Assembly: GCA_963778115.1 (NCBI GenBank) | Contig: CAVZSV010000004.1 | Location: 832,001-896,000, forward strand | Direction of reading: 5' to 3' | Origin: an uncultured delta proteobacterium | Lineage (GTDB): Bacteria > Bdellovibrionota > FAC87 > UBA2466 | DNA: 64,000 nt | Shown here: in pieces, positions 1-10,484 of the stretch | Layout: each line of letters opens with the position of its first letter | Position numbering within the stretch: position 1 is the first letter of the stretch | Notes under the pieces: generated by a model | Told to the model about the DNA's origin: nothing | The model's input: only the letters and a program-made list of their open reading frames with translations | Databases searched by the model: none | Made by a program: the position numbers and the translations under genes

Positions 1-1349
1 ATTAATCCTTTGATTTCACCGTCCACAACTTGACCAAGGCCATTAAATTCTAGAATGACGAGCGACCCGTCTTTCTTCTTGCAGCGGATCTCGGCACCCG
101 AAACCTGTTCTCCTTGGATTAGTCTGGCGATAATGTCCCCCGCCATTCCACGATCGGATTCGTGCACTAACGGCATGAAATGTTTTCCAACCCAATCCTG
201 CGGCTTCCATCCGAAGATTGCTTCGAACGCGGGATTTAGGGAGAGGATGATGCCTTCTGGCGAAGTCGTATAAAAAAGGTCGGTCGTTTGTTGGAAGAGA
301 GTCCGAAAACGCTTTTCGAAGTCTTCCAGCCCCTGTTCGGCATGCCATTTCTCAGTAACATCGGTAACCGTTGCAATTCCCCCGACGATAGCGCCGCTTT
401 CTCTAAAAGGAGAATGTTGAATTTCAAAAAAAAGGGCCCTTCCTCCAAGCGGAGAAATATACTTAACCATGTTTGAACGAACCGAATGCCCCTTCATTAC
501 TTGATCCAAGCAATGGGAAGGGTTGCGAAAAAAAACCGGAAAGACACTTTTGCATTTCCTATTTACTATTGCATCTCTAGAAATTCCGCTAAGCCGCTCC
601 ATCGCTTGATTGACATAGATTACGCGAAACTCTTTGTTGTACGCCAAAATTCCGTCATGAGTGCTATTCAATAGGTTACGAGCGAAATTAATTTCAGAAA
701 TTTCCGATCCAGACTCTTCACCCTCTAAGGCAATAGGCCTCTCCCAGGGATCAATCTTGCTGGGAGCTACCGCATTTTCCGCAGCCATTGCTTTCATCGA
801 CATTTTAGAGGCGCGGAAAAATTGCGGCTGACTTAAAATCCACGCAGCACACGTTTTTAGGTATTGGAGCAGATCCACAAAGGAGTCATAGGTGGGAGGC
901 AACAAGTGTTTGCGTATGAGCACCCGACATCTCTGATAGCCCGGTTCCTTAAAGAAAATAATAACCCCTGCCGAGACAAGGACGTTCTGTAACGATTCAT
1001 TCTCCAGATTCTCCGTCAGCAATAACGTGCCGGATGACTCGACGAAGTCTTCAATCTCTTTCAGCCCCATCCGAAAGGTATCTAGGTTCCGGGTGGCCGG
1101 TGAAAAGCGAGTCTCAGGATTGGCTTCATCCTTTAACGGTGCCCCCACGAGGGAAGTAATTTGATTGAAAAGTTCTGTTTTAAGGCTCTTAGGTAGCTGA
1201 TTGGCTAAGTATCCCGATTTTGTCTGCTCCCATAGGGCTTCCAGCTGGGACGGTGAAGTCACCACCGAATCAAAAAGGGCCGGGAAAAACCCGAGGCTCT
1301 TTTCAATTTCTTCTTTTAAATCGCAATGTATACGCTCTGCGTGTTCCAT
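1..1349 (-). CDS. PAS-domain sensor protein (probable histidine kinase), 3' end runs off the window
   Basis: Not in the ORF track. Hand translation gives an open frame from ATG 1349 (GGAG 7 nt upstream) to the window edge. N-term MEHAERIHCDLKEEIEKSLGFFPALF, then two PAS-like segments (THDGILAYNKEFRVIYVNQAMERLSG; SLNPAFEAIFGW...LVHESD...IRCKKKDGSLVILE). Confidence 0.8.
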   Translation of the reverse strand, partial: MEHAERIHCDLKEEIEKSLGFFPALFDSVVTSPSQLEALWEQTKSGYLANQLPKSLKTELFNQITSLVGAPLKDEANPETRFSPATRNLDTFRMGLKEIEDFVESSGTLLLTENLENESLQNVLVSAGVIIFFKEPGYQRCRVLIRKHLLPPTYDSFVDLLQYLKTCAAWILSQPQFFRASKMSMKAMAAENAVAPSKIDPWERPIALEGEESGSEISEINFARNLLNSTHDGILAYNKEFRVIYVNQAMERLSGISRDAIVNRKCKSVFPVFFRNPSHCLDQVMKGHSVRSNMVKYISPLGGRALFFEIQHSPFRESGAIVGGIATVTDVTEKWHAEQGLEDFEKRFRTLFQQTTDLFYTTSPEGIILSLNPAFEAIFGWKPQDWVGKHFMPLVHESDRGMAGDIIARLIQGEQVSGAEIRCKKKDGSLVILEFNGLGQVVDGEIKGL

Positions 1350-1541
1350 CCCACCGCTCCGGGCAACGAGGTTACCTCTGCCCGATTATTGACGCAAGAT
1401 GTTAAAAACAAAGGGGTCCGGGCCTTCCTCCGCGGGAAGATTTTGGTAATCAATCCTAACTATTTAAAATTATTTGATTTTATTGGTTCCGCGGTGACGC
1501 GCCGTCCTTGGTGGAAGCAAAGGGACAGGTATAATAGGCCC

Positions 1542-1982
1542 ATGAAAACCTCACTCTTTTTGATTCTGGTGTTAGGCTTTTGCGGACCCGCATTCGCGGA
1601 AAACGTATTTGATGGGACATTCGATGTCCCTCAGGTCTCCTCTGCGCTTTGCAATAACTTGCTAGACCAGCAGGTCTATACCGTGCGCCACTATCTGATC
1701 GGAAACCCGCAGACGACGTCAGTGCTAAATTTCCAGCTGAAATCGACTGATCCGACGGCTCAATCGTTCTTGCAGAACATTACTCTCACCGGCCTGTATG
1801 GATATAACGACGACTTCAACGATGACAGAACGTTTGATAGGGACGGCAAAGAGTACCATGTCATCGGTCAGGGAATGGTCGATTCACAACTACTGGTGGT
1901 CGACGTCACCGTCGAACTTCACAACCCGGGAGATGCCACCATCATTTGTACTGCAACGGCAGAATTTTCAGCGTTTCACTAA
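1542..1982 (+). CDS. secreted hypothetical protein
   Basis: Signal peptide MKTSLFLILVLGFCGPAFA within ORF 1326..1982. Confidence 0.7.
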   Translation: MKTSLFLILVLGFCGPAFAENVFDGTFDVPQVSSALCNNLLDQQVYTVRHYLIGNPQTTSVLNFQLKSTDPTAQSFLQNITLTGLYGYNDDFNDDRTFDRDGKEYHVIGQGMVDSQLLVVDVTVELHNPGDATIICTATAEFSAFH

Positions 1983-3352
1983 AAACTTAAGAACCGTTTT
2001 AACAATCGAAGCCTGTCTTTATAGGGCGGATAGCGAAGGGGGTTATCGAATTTAAATCCGTGGGTCAAAACCGCCTTACGATGCGAAAACGTATCGAAAC
2101 CAAATTTTCCGTGATAGGCCCCCATTCCGCTATCACCCACCCCCCCGAAAGGAAGATGGGGGTTACTTAGATGTACCAAAGTATCATTCATGCACCCACC
2201 CCCGAACGAGACTTTGCCAATCACCTCCTCTTGCCGGTCCGTACTTTTCGAAAAAAAGTAAAAAGCGAGCGGCTTGGGGCGCTTTCGAATAAAATCAATA
2301 GCCGAATCAAAGTCTCGATAGGCTAACACGGGCAAAATCGGTCCGAAGATCTCCTCCTGCATAACCGGAGAATTTTCCGACGTACCCCGCAGTACGGTGG
2401 GCGCAAGATAGAGCTTCCCTTCTTCGCCATTACCCCCCATTACGCATTCTCCTGACTTTACTAAACCCATTAGCCTTTCCCAATGCTTTCGATTGATGAT
2501 GCGGGCGTAGTCGGGACTTTTTTGCGGATCCTCGGTAAAGAATTTAGTGGTCCATGCTCTGATCCTATCGACTAGCTCCTTCTCATTCTCTTCGGGAACC
2601 AATAGATAATCGGGAGCAACACAGGTCTGTCCGGCGTTAAAGAATTTTCCCCACACGACTCGTTTCGCCGTCGCATCGAGGTCTACGTTGCGATCCACCA
2701 AACAAGGGCTCTTGCCCCCCAGCTCCAGAGTCACTGGGGTTAAATTCTTGACACTAGCCTCAAGCACGACACGCCCCACAACCGCGCCTCCAGTGAAAAA
2801 GATATGATCGAACTTCTCTGCGAGAAGTGCGGTCGAGACGTCTACCCCTCCCTCAAAGACCTGAACGACGTTCGGATCCAAAGTCGACATCACTTTGGCC
2901 AAGATCTTTGAAGTTGCGGGAGCCAATTCCGAAGGCTTAAGAACTACCGTATTTCCCGCGGCGATCGCAGCGACCATAGGGGCAACGACGAGTTGAAACG
3001 GATAGTTCCAGGGGCCAATCACAAGAACCGTTCCCAACGGCTCCGAATAGATTCGGCTCGTCGCGGGCTGCTGGACCAACGGAGAGCTCACTCGAACCGG
3101 TTTCATCCATTTCGACAAATGTGAAAGACCGGTTTTTATCTCATCGTAGATGAAAGCGACTTCGGAGATAAACGATTCGATAGGGGGTTTTGCGAGATCT
3201 TGACTGAGCGCACTAAAGATCTCTGTCTCGTGGCTGCGAATCGCTTCGCCCAGTTGTTTGAGAAAATTCTTCCGAAAGGCTTCAGACCGAGTAGCTCCCG
3301 AAGCAAAAAAAGCTCGCTGCCCTTCTAGACATTCTAAGATGGACTGTTTCAT
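1979..3352 (-). CDS. aldehyde dehydrogenase (ALDH3-like)
   Basis: PWNYP, LELGGKSP, NAGQTCVAPDY, EEIFGP and PFGGVG motifs. Confidence 0.95.
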   Translation of the reverse strand: MKQSILECLEGQRAFFASGATRSEAFRKNFLKQLGEAIRSHETEIFSALSQDLAKPPIESFISEVAFIYDEIKTGLSHLSKWMKPVRVSSPLVQQPATSRIYSEPLGTVLVIGPWNYPFQLVVAPMVAAIAAGNTVVLKPSELAPATSKILAKVMSTLDPNVVQVFEGGVDVSTALLAEKFDHIFFTGGAVVGRVVLEASVKNLTPVTLELGGKSPCLVDRNVDLDATAKRVVWGKFFNAGQTCVAPDYLLVPEENEKELVDRIRAWTTKFFTEDPQKSPDYARIINRKHWERLMGLVKSGECVMGGNGEEGKLYLAPTVLRGTSENSPVMQEEIFGPILPVLAYRDFDSAIDFIRKRPKPLAFYFFSKSTDRQEEVIGKVSFGGGCMNDTLVHLSNPHLPFGGVGDSGMGAYHGKFGFDTFSHRKAVLTHGFKFDNPLRYPPYKDRLRLLKRFLSF

Positions 3353-3428
3353 GGCACTCCCTTTGAAACCGCATCCTGACAGACTTATAACTTAAGGCAA
3401 CTCTACTCTAGGTTATCATCAGAAAGGA

Positions 3429-4385
3429 ATGATAATGGGTACTCCCCTCTGGTTGCGGATAGTCCTAGTCATCTCAACATCCGGCCTCTTTGCTATTGGG
3501 GCACCTTCAAGAATCCCTTCCGGAACCTTTGAATGGGGGGATCAAGCCTTTAAGAACCGACGAGAGAAAACTTCAGCATTTACTGCCCTTAATGCATATC
3601 GAGAAGCTTTCCAAGCTTATCCCACGGATCCCAATTCAGGCTGGCGCCTGGCTATGGCCTGCCAGTTCGTCGGAATGCGGTTCGTACAAGAAGACAAAGA
3701 GAAGGAACAAATCTTCTCGGAAGGACGCGACGCCGGAATCCGAGCGTTACAGGAAAAAGAGGACTGTGCTGCGTGCCACTTTTGGACGGCCGTTAATATG
3801 GCGTTATACGGGCAAACGGTGGGCCCTCTAAAAACACTCTTCACGCTACAGCCCATTCGAAAACACCTGCTTCGAACGATAGCCTTGGAGCCCGGTTATG
3901 CTTTCGGAGGTGCCTTTAGAATTCTAGGACTTATCGCTTGGAAGTTACCAGGACTTTTCGGAGGAAGTGATTCCGACGCCAAAGACTTCATGATGAAAAG
4001 TATCGAAGCTTCCCCCGAGGAGCCTATGAACTATTTCTTTCTGGCGCAGCTCTTAAAAGAGGCATTTCATGACAATCAGTCTGCTATCGCTATCGCCAAA
4101 AAGGGTGCTCTGATTACCGAACCTGGTTTCGAACGGATAGAAGCCCGAGAGGCATGGCGCGATCTCCAAGAGTTCGTAAAGGCCAATTCCCCTAAAGAAG
4201 AAAAGGTTGCGGAGCTGAAGAATCACTCGAACCTTAGCGCTTCGATGGTCTCGATATTTGCCGCTTTTCTGGCCGGCCAAACCCCAAATACCACTCCCGT
4301 AAATAACGAGAGAAAAAAGGCGGGACCAAAGATCCACAAAGGCGCGCGCATATCAAAAGAAGGGGTAAACCAGGAAACGACATAG
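3429..4385 (+). CDS. secreted TPR-like helical-repeat protein (TatT-like)
   Basis: N-terminal hydrophobic segment; helical repeats such as ACHFWTAVNMALYG and LEPGYAFGGAFRILG...LPGLFGG. Confidence 0.6.
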   Translation: MIMGTPLWLRIVLVISTSGLFAIGAPSRIPSGTFEWGDQAFKNRREKTSAFTALNAYREAFQAYPTDPNSGWRLAMACQFVGMRFVQEDKEKEQIFSEGRDAGIRALQEKEDCAACHFWTAVNMALYGQTVGPLKTLFTLQPIRKHLLRTIALEPGYAFGGAFRILGLIAWKLPGLFGGSDSDAKDFMMKSIEASPEEPMNYFFLAQLLKEAFHDNQSAIAIAKKGALITEPGFERIEAREAWRDLQEFVKANSPKEEKVAELKNHSNLSASMVSIFAAFLAGQTPNTTPVNNERKKAGPKIHKGARISKEGVNQETT

Positions 4386-5431
4386 GTAAGGGCTACTGAA
4401 CCCAGCAGCCCGGTCATGCCTCCGGTGATCGACAAAACCAAAGCCTCCGCCAGAAACTGTTTTAAAACATCTCTTTGGCGCGCTCCTACCGCGCGCCGAA
4501 TTCCAATCTCGCGCGTTCGCTCGGTAACGCTCACCAGCATGATGTTCATGATTCCGATTCCCCCCACCAACATCGAAATCATGGCAATCCCCGTAAGAGC
4601 GTAAGTGAGCATACTCAAAATGGTATTCATCGTGTCTAGCATCGAATCTTGGGTCACTACGGAAAAATCTTCCTGATTGTTATGTCTTTGCTTCAAAATG
4701 TCAGTGATATCCTGCACGGCGTCTTTTAAGCTCACCTTAGACTTGGCTCTGACACGGATTCCAAAGAGCTTATCGTCGTTAAAAATGCGCATCGCAGATC
4801 GTGTGGGGATGAGTACCAGATCATCCATCTGAAAACCCAAAGTCTCCCCTGATCTTTCGGTCACTCCGATAACTCGGTGTTCGCTTTCGTTCACCTTTAC
4901 CAGTTTTCCAATGGGGTTCTCATTGGGAAATAGATCTTTCGCGATCGCATAACCCAGCACCACTACCCTCCGGCCGAACTCCTCCTCTTCGTGAGAGATG
5001 AAATCGCCCAGCCCCAATTTGATATTGATGATTCTAGTGAACTTTTCGTTACAACCGATAATCGTCGTATTTTTTGATCGCAATCCAGTCTTTATGGAAC
5101 CGGTGCCAAACATAAGACCGGTCACCGAATCTAAGTTGGTCCCTTGTTTTTCAAGCGCATCCACGTCATTGAGAGTAAGTTTCCTTTTCGTTCCCCCGAT
5201 GGGAGGTCCAAAACTAGACTTCGTATCGGTCTTCCCGGGTTGGACGATAATCAGATTCGTTCCAATCCCTTCAAACTCTCTGGTGATGTAGTTCTTGGCT
5301 CCGTTGCCGATAGAAACCAAAAGGACGACCGCTCCCACGCCAATGATCATCCCCAACATAGTAAGCGCAGCTCGCAATTTATTGCTGAATAAAGATTCAA
5401 AAGCGAGCCGGATGATTTCAATGATCGGCAT
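4223..5431 (-). CDS. MacB/FtsX-family ABC transporter permease
   Basis: LTMLGMIIGVGAV, GGIGIMNIMLVSVTERTREIGIR and PARKAA...EALRFE motifs. Confidence 0.95.
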   Translation of the reverse strand: MPIIEIIRLAFESLFSNKLRAALTMLGMIIGVGAVVLLVSIGNGAKNYITREFEGIGTNLIIVQPGKTDTKSSFGPPIGGTKRKLTLNDVDALEKQGTNLDSVTGLMFGTGSIKTGLRSKNTTIIGCNEKFTRIINIKLGLGDFISHEEEEFGRRVVVLGYAIAKDLFPNENPIGKLVKVNESEHRVIGVTERSGETLGFQMDDLVLIPTRSAMRIFNDDKLFGIRVRAKSKVSLKDAVQDITDILKQRHNNQEDFSVVTQDSMLDTMNTILSMLTYALTGIAMISMLVGGIGIMNIMLVSVTERTREIGIRRAVGARQRDVLKQFLAEALVLSITGGMTGLLGSVALTYVVSWFTPSFDMRAPLWIFGPAFFLSLFTGVVFGVWPARKAANIETIEALRFE

Positions 5432-6128
5432 TCTTATTCCCGGTATCCGACTGAATGCGGCCATCTAGCATCGAAATTACGCGCCCCGCCCTCGAGGCTA
5501 CGTTGGGATCGTGAGTGACGATAAGGACAGTAACCCCATCCCGGTTTAGCTCCTCGAAGAGAGAAAGGATTTCGACACCCGATTTGGAATCTAGATTCCC
5601 CGTGGGTTCATCGGCCAAGATGAGTCTGGGCTGATTAACCAAAGCGCGGGCAATTGCCACTCGTTGCCGTTGGCCGCCTGAAAGCTCGCTGGGCCTATGT
5701 TCCATCCGGTTTCCCAGCGACACTCTCTCCAGAGCAGCCACGGCGTTTTCTCGAATTTTAGCCTCCGAAAAGGATTTGTCGTAGGCGGCCGAGTAAACAA
5801 GCGGCATCTCAACGTTTCGAAGGGCAGTCATTCGAGGTAACAGATTAAAACTTTGGAATACAAAACCAATTTTTTGGTTTCTAAGTCGCGCTCTTTCGTC
5901 GTCAGTAAGCGATTGTACGGGGATATCTTCAAGCTGATAGACCCCCTGTTCCGGCTGGTCCAAAAGCCCCAAGATATTCATTAAGGTAGACTTCCCGCAC
6001 CCGGAAGGGCCAACGATTGACAACATTTCGCCATTAGAAACCGAAAAAGAAACCCTGTCTAATGCCTGAACCAACTCTTGCCCCATCCGAAATCCCTTTC
6101 GGACGTCTTTGAGCTCGATTACGGCCAC
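5418..6128 (-). CDS. ABC transporter ATP-binding protein (MacB/LolD-like)
   Basis: Walker A GPSGCGKS, LSGGQRQRVAIARAL, ILADEPTGNLD. Confidence 0.95.
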   Translation of the reverse strand: MAVIELKDVRKGFRMGQELVQALDRVSFSVSNGEMLSIVGPSGCGKSTLMNILGLLDQPEQGVYQLEDIPVQSLTDDERARLRNQKIGFVFQSFNLLPRMTALRNVEMPLVYSAAYDKSFSEAKIRENAVAALERVSLGNRMEHRPSELSGGQRQRVAIARALVNQPRLILADEPTGNLDSKSGVEILSLFEELNRDGVTVLIVTHDPNVASRAGRVISMLDGRIQSDTGNKNADH

Positions 6129-7134
6129 GCCACCACCTCTGGCTTTACTTTCAGCCCCGAAGTTAGCTCCGCGTCGTCACTGGGATATACGATGACATCC
6201 CCCAGCGTCACTCCGGATAAAATTTCGCTGCGATCGTAATTACCCATTCCCATTTTGACCGGTGTCTTTACCAGCTCTCCTTTAACGACTCTAAATACAT
6301 ACCGGTTCTCTCCACTGCCCAAGACAACTCGCGTGGGAAGTGCGGACACCTGCTTTTTCTCCCCGGTTACTATCTCAATTTCGGCTGAAGCTCCGACGGA
6401 ATCCTCTCTTTGGTCTCTGGATCCAAAATAGTAAGCTCTATCTGAGATGTTCGATCCTGATCTTTGGTCGTATCCACGTAAGGAACTACGCGCCTGACTT
6501 CAGCAGTGAAGGGTTCGGTTCTGGAAGCAGGAACTCTAATCCGACCTCGTTGACCTATCTTCACATGGCCTAGATCAATTTCATCGATATCGCCTTTCAC
6601 TATGCGAGGTTTGAGATCAATGAGACGAATAGGATTTTTTGTGACCTGAGTCCCTGTCTGCGAGGATTCGCCAAGTTGAAGGTTTTGTTCGGTAACAATC
6701 CCGTCAAAGGGCGCTTTAATGATGGTCTTATCCAGATTAGCTCTGGCTATTTCGGCAGTACGCCGCGATTCATCGAGAGAGACTTGGGAGATTAGGCCCT
6801 CGGCAAATAGTTTTTGAGCCCGTTCCCACTCTTTGGCGGTCTGCTGGTAGCCCACTTGAAGATCAGAATTTTCCAACTCCGCTAGAATTTGTCCTCTCTT
6901 GACGATGTCCCCCAATTTCACCGAAATATGGTTTATCCTTCCTACGACCCCAAAAGCGAGAACCGCTTGCTGTTCGGCCGTGACGGTTCCCGAACTTATC
7001 GTCGTCACCGTTGATTCCACGTCGGCTTTTGTGACTTTAACCGCTTTAAGTTCCGCGGCTTTCTTACACGCGCCAGCTCCCAGAGCACTCAAAACTGCAA
7101 TCACGCTCATTACGAAAATGAATTTTCGCTTCAC
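6119..7134 (-). CDS. MacA-like periplasmic adaptor, split by a 1-nt frameshift near 6388
   Basis: IKAPFDGIV lipoyl motif. ORFs 6370..7134 and 6119..6349 join as ERIP-VGASAEIEIVTGEKKQVSALP if one base is restored. Confidence 0.85.
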
Positions 7135-8552
7135 AAGCTCACCCCCAAATTCGCGCCCAATCTTTTTAATAACACCGCCAGATCCAGTTTTGCCTTAGCC
7201 AAATTGATCTTAGATTCGATAAGGTCGTTTTGACTTCCGAGAAGTTCCACGATGGTCGCTTTCCCCAGCTGGTAACTCTTAAGAGATAGCCGGACAATCT
7301 CTTCGTTCTGCTGGCGATTCAACGTTAGCGACTCCACCGATCGCCTCAGCGCTCTAATTTGACGGACTTCACTTTCAACATCGCTAAAAAGGTTCAAAGT
7401 ATCTCTTTCACGACTCACGCGAGCCGCGGCTTCGGCGTTTACTTTTTCAGAGTGGCTGCTAAAAAGGCTGCCTCCCAAATAGACGGGGATCGTTAGCACC
7501 GCCCCAAAAGCATACGACTGATTGGCTTGGGAAAAGAGATCTGAAAAATTACCGGCCTGCCGACTCAAAGATCCTTGGAGGGAAAGTTCCGGCCAGTCTT
7601 GCGCCATTAAAAGAGCGGCTTTCGTTTCCGAAAGAGCCTCTTGCGCCAAAAAGCTCTGGTAGACGGGGCTTGCCTCGACGACTCGTCTGCGGAGCAAGTC
7701 GCTTTGTATCGTCTCATCTGTCCCTTGCTCTGAGGGTTTCAGATAAGAAGATAGCTGATCTAACCATTTGTCGGAACCTTCGGTAAAATCGGCGATGGCG
7801 ATCTCTAGTTCCTTCTCGTCAACCAAAAGATCAAAAAGACCGCTTTTGGCCAACTCCTCTCGGCTCGATCCGGAGTATTGGATAAGAGAATCAAGACCCG
7901 CAGTCCTCTCCTGCTCGTAGGTGAGCTTCCTAGACTCTAACGAAACGCGATTCGCCTCGGCACGTAGCACATCGACCCGGGTCCGCTGCCCCAGCTCATA
8001 GCGCGCTTTGGACTCTCTCTCATTGGTGCCCGCAGCCTCTATCGAATGAATTAAAGTTGCCTCTTTGTAGACTTGCAGCAGATAAGCCCCCAATAGTGAG
8101 CGCAGCCGCCAGTCTAGTTCTGCTTTTTTGGAGTCTAACTGATAGCTAGAGAGCCTTCGATCGCGCACCGACTGTTCTACCGCTAAGTGCACCGATCGAC
8201 GGTACAAAGGAAGAGAGAGCTTGACCGCCCACCCACTTAGCTGGACTTCGGAAGGGGTGAAAGAGGTAAAGGGCGGGGGCAAAGTACCGCTGTTGATAAA
8301 GCTGTAGTCTTTGGAAGTATTTTGGGAGAGCTGGATATCGGCTCGAGGTAACCAATGGGCCCATGCGGTTTGCACTTGGGCTGAGGACTGCCGGTAAGCG
8401 CTCTCCGCCAGTTGAATCTCCGGCGAATGAGAGATCGTTACTTTTTTCAAAGCATCAAAAACATCGGAGACTGTCGTGGGAGCGGAAGTTGCCGGAACAG
8501 CCCCGAGTAGCAATGCAAAAACGACCAAACATCGGGTAAATCGAGACACCAT
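7131..8552 (-). CDS. TolC-family outer-membrane efflux protein
   Basis: Signal peptide; two OEP repeats (YELGQRTRVDVLRA; YQLGKATIVELL); first gene of the exporter operon. Confidence 0.9.
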   Translation of the reverse strand: MVSRFTRCLVVFALLLGAVPATSAPTTVSDVFDALKKVTISHSPEIQLAESAYRQSSAQVQTAWAHWLPRADIQLSQNTSKDYSFINSGTLPPPFTSFTPSEVQLSGWAVKLSLPLYRRSVHLAVEQSVRDRRLSSYQLDSKKAELDWRLRSLLGAYLLQVYKEATLIHSIEAAGTNERESKARYELGQRTRVDVLRAEANRVSLESRKLTYEQERTAGLDSLIQYSGSSREELAKSGLFDLLVDEKELEIAIADFTEGSDKWLDQLSSYLKPSEQGTDETIQSDLLRRRVVEASPVYQSFLAQEALSETKAALLMAQDWPELSLQGSLSRQAGNFSDLFSQANQSYAFGAVLTIPVYLGGSLFSSHSEKVNAEAAARVSRERDTLNLFSDVESEVRQIRALRRSVESLTLNRQQNEEIVRLSLKSYQLGKATIVELLGSQNDLIESKINLAKAKLDLAVLLKRLGANLGVSL

Positions 8553-8700
8553 GCGACGCCGATACTACTCCAAAAGACGGGTCAAAAATAGGATGTGTTT
8601 AGCCGGTTAAGCAAGGCTGCCCCTCTCAGTTGGGGTTGCCATCTGCCCCAAGAGTGGATAGTTTGCTACCTTATATTTTTTAAATGTAAGAGAGTGATTT

Positions 8701-9672
8701 ATGGCAACTAAAACCATTACCGAGTTCATTGAAAAGCATTACCGTCATTTTAACGCGGCGGCCCTAATCGATGCGGCACAGGCCTATCGACGTCATTTGG
8801 ATAAGGGCGGCAAAATGTTTATGTCCATCGCGGGGGCAATGAGCTCGGGCGAGCTAGGAATCTCTTTAGCTGAAATGATCCGCAACGATAAGGTGCACGC
8901 CATTTGTTGTACCGGCGCCAATTTGGAAGAGGACGTCTTTAATCTGGTCGCCCACGAGCACTACAAGCGGATTCCCCACTATCGTGACCTGACTCCCCAG
9001 GACGAAATGGCCCTGTTGGAAAAACATCTGAATCGCGTAACCGATACGTGCATCCCTGAGGAAGAGGCCATCCGCCGTATCGAACACCATGTCCTTGCGG
9101 AATGGGAAAAGGCCCATCAAGCCAAGAAGTCTTACTTCCCTCACGAATTTCTCTATAGTGTCCTACGCAGCAAGGAGTTGGTCCCTAGTTACCAAATCCC
9201 TGAAGAGAATAGTTGGCTACTCGCCGCATGCGAAAAGAATTTGCCCTTGATTGTCCCGGGTTGGGAAGACTCGACGTTAGGAAATATCTTTGCGGCCCGT
9301 TGCATCGAAGGAAAGATTGCCCCTCAAGCTCTAAAAAGTGGAATCCAATACATGATTGAGCTGGCCGGGTGGTATGAGAAGACCTCTCGCAACCATTCGA
9401 TAGGATTTTTCCAAATTGGCGGTGGAATCGCTGGTGATTTTCCGATCTGTGTCGTTCCGATGTTAAACCAAGATCTGCTAAAGAATGTCGATGTATGGGG
9501 TTACTTTTGCCAGATTAGCGACTCGACCACAAGTTACGGGTCTTACTCGGGTGCGGTTCCCAATGAAAAGATCACTTGGGGTAAGCTAGGAATTGATACG
9601 CCCAAATTTATTGTTGAATCGGATGCCACGATTGTAGCCCCTCTTATCTTTGCCCATGTGCTGGGATGGTAG
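8701..9672 (+). CDS. deoxyhypusine synthase-like protein (bacterial DHS/homospermidine synthase)
   Basis: HFNAAALIDAA, CTGANLEED, IGGGIAGDF and SYSGAVPNEKITWGK motifs. Confidence 0.92.
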   Translation: MATKTITEFIEKHYRHFNAAALIDAAQAYRRHLDKGGKMFMSIAGAMSSGELGISLAEMIRNDKVHAICCTGANLEEDVFNLVAHEHYKRIPHYRDLTPQDEMALLEKHLNRVTDTCIPEEEAIRRIEHHVLAEWEKAHQAKKSYFPHEFLYSVLRSKELVPSYQIPEENSWLLAACEKNLPLIVPGWEDSTLGNIFAARCIEGKIAPQALKSGIQYMIELAGWYEKTSRNHSIGFFQIGGGIAGDFPICVVPMLNQDLLKNVDVWGYFCQISDSTTSYGSYSGAVPNEKITWGKLGIDTPKFIVESDATIVAPLIFAHVLGW

Positions 9673-10484
9673 AGACACCTCCGCTCGTCGTCCGAAATTT
9701 AGTTAAGACCTACTCACAATCTCACGGCGCGCCCTTGATTGCGGTAAACAATCTCTCCTTTAATGTCGCCTCAGGCGAGTGTTTTGGGTTATTGGGGCCC
9801 AATGGGGCAGGAAAATCGACCACAATTGACTGCATCACCGGCTTTTATCCCGCTACTTCCGGCGAAGTCCTCATCGAAGGAAACAACGTCTTTAGTAACC
9901 CCAAGTTGGCCCGCCTTCGCCTTGGAGTCTGCGCTCAAGACGACACTTTGGACTCGGATTTCGATCTTTGGGACCAAATGATTCGCTATGCTCGTTTTTT
10001 TAAGATCCCCACTTCCGTTGCTAAAGAACGTGCTAAACGGCTTCTTAGTAAATTTGGGCTGGAATCAAAGCGGGATGAACTTATCTCCTCTTTGTCCGGA
10101 GGAATGCGCCGAAAACTTCAGGTAGCTCGTGCTTTGATGACCGAACCCAAAGTTCTGGTTCTTGATGAACCCACGACTGGTCTCGACCCCGATGCTAGGC
10201 GGATGCTTTGGGATGTCCTAACGGAAGAGCGTAAGAAAGGGACTGCTATCCTGCTATCCACGCATTACATGGACGAAGCGGAAAGGCTTTGTGATCGGAT
10301 AGGAATGCTTTACGACGGAACTCTGCTCGATCTCTCTGCACCGGCCGATCTTATCGCCAAGTACGTCTGCACGCCCGTGGTTGAAGAAGAAGTAAGACCG
10401 GGTGTGGTTTGGAAGAGAGCGGCCAACTTGGAGGACGTCTTTTTGAAGCTCACCGGAAAACGTCTGGGAGAGGCGATCGCATGA
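9666..10484 (+). CDS. ABC-2 exporter ATP-binding protein (NodI/DrrA-like)
   Basis: GPNGAGKS, LSGGMRRKL, LDEPTTGLDP, NLEDVFLKLTG. Confidence 0.92.
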   Translation: MVETPPLVVRNLVKTYSQSHGAPLIAVNNLSFNVASGECFGLLGPNGAGKSTTIDCITGFYPATSGEVLIEGNNVFSNPKLARLRLGVCAQDDTLDSDFDLWDQMIRYARFFKIPTSVAKERAKRLLSKFGLESKRDELISSLSGGMRRKLQVARALMTEPKVLVLDEPTTGLDPDARRMLWDVLTEERKKGTAILLSTHYMDEAERLCDRIGMLYDGTLLDLSAPADLIAKYVCTPVVEEEVRPGVVWKRAANLEDVFLKLTGKRLGEAIA

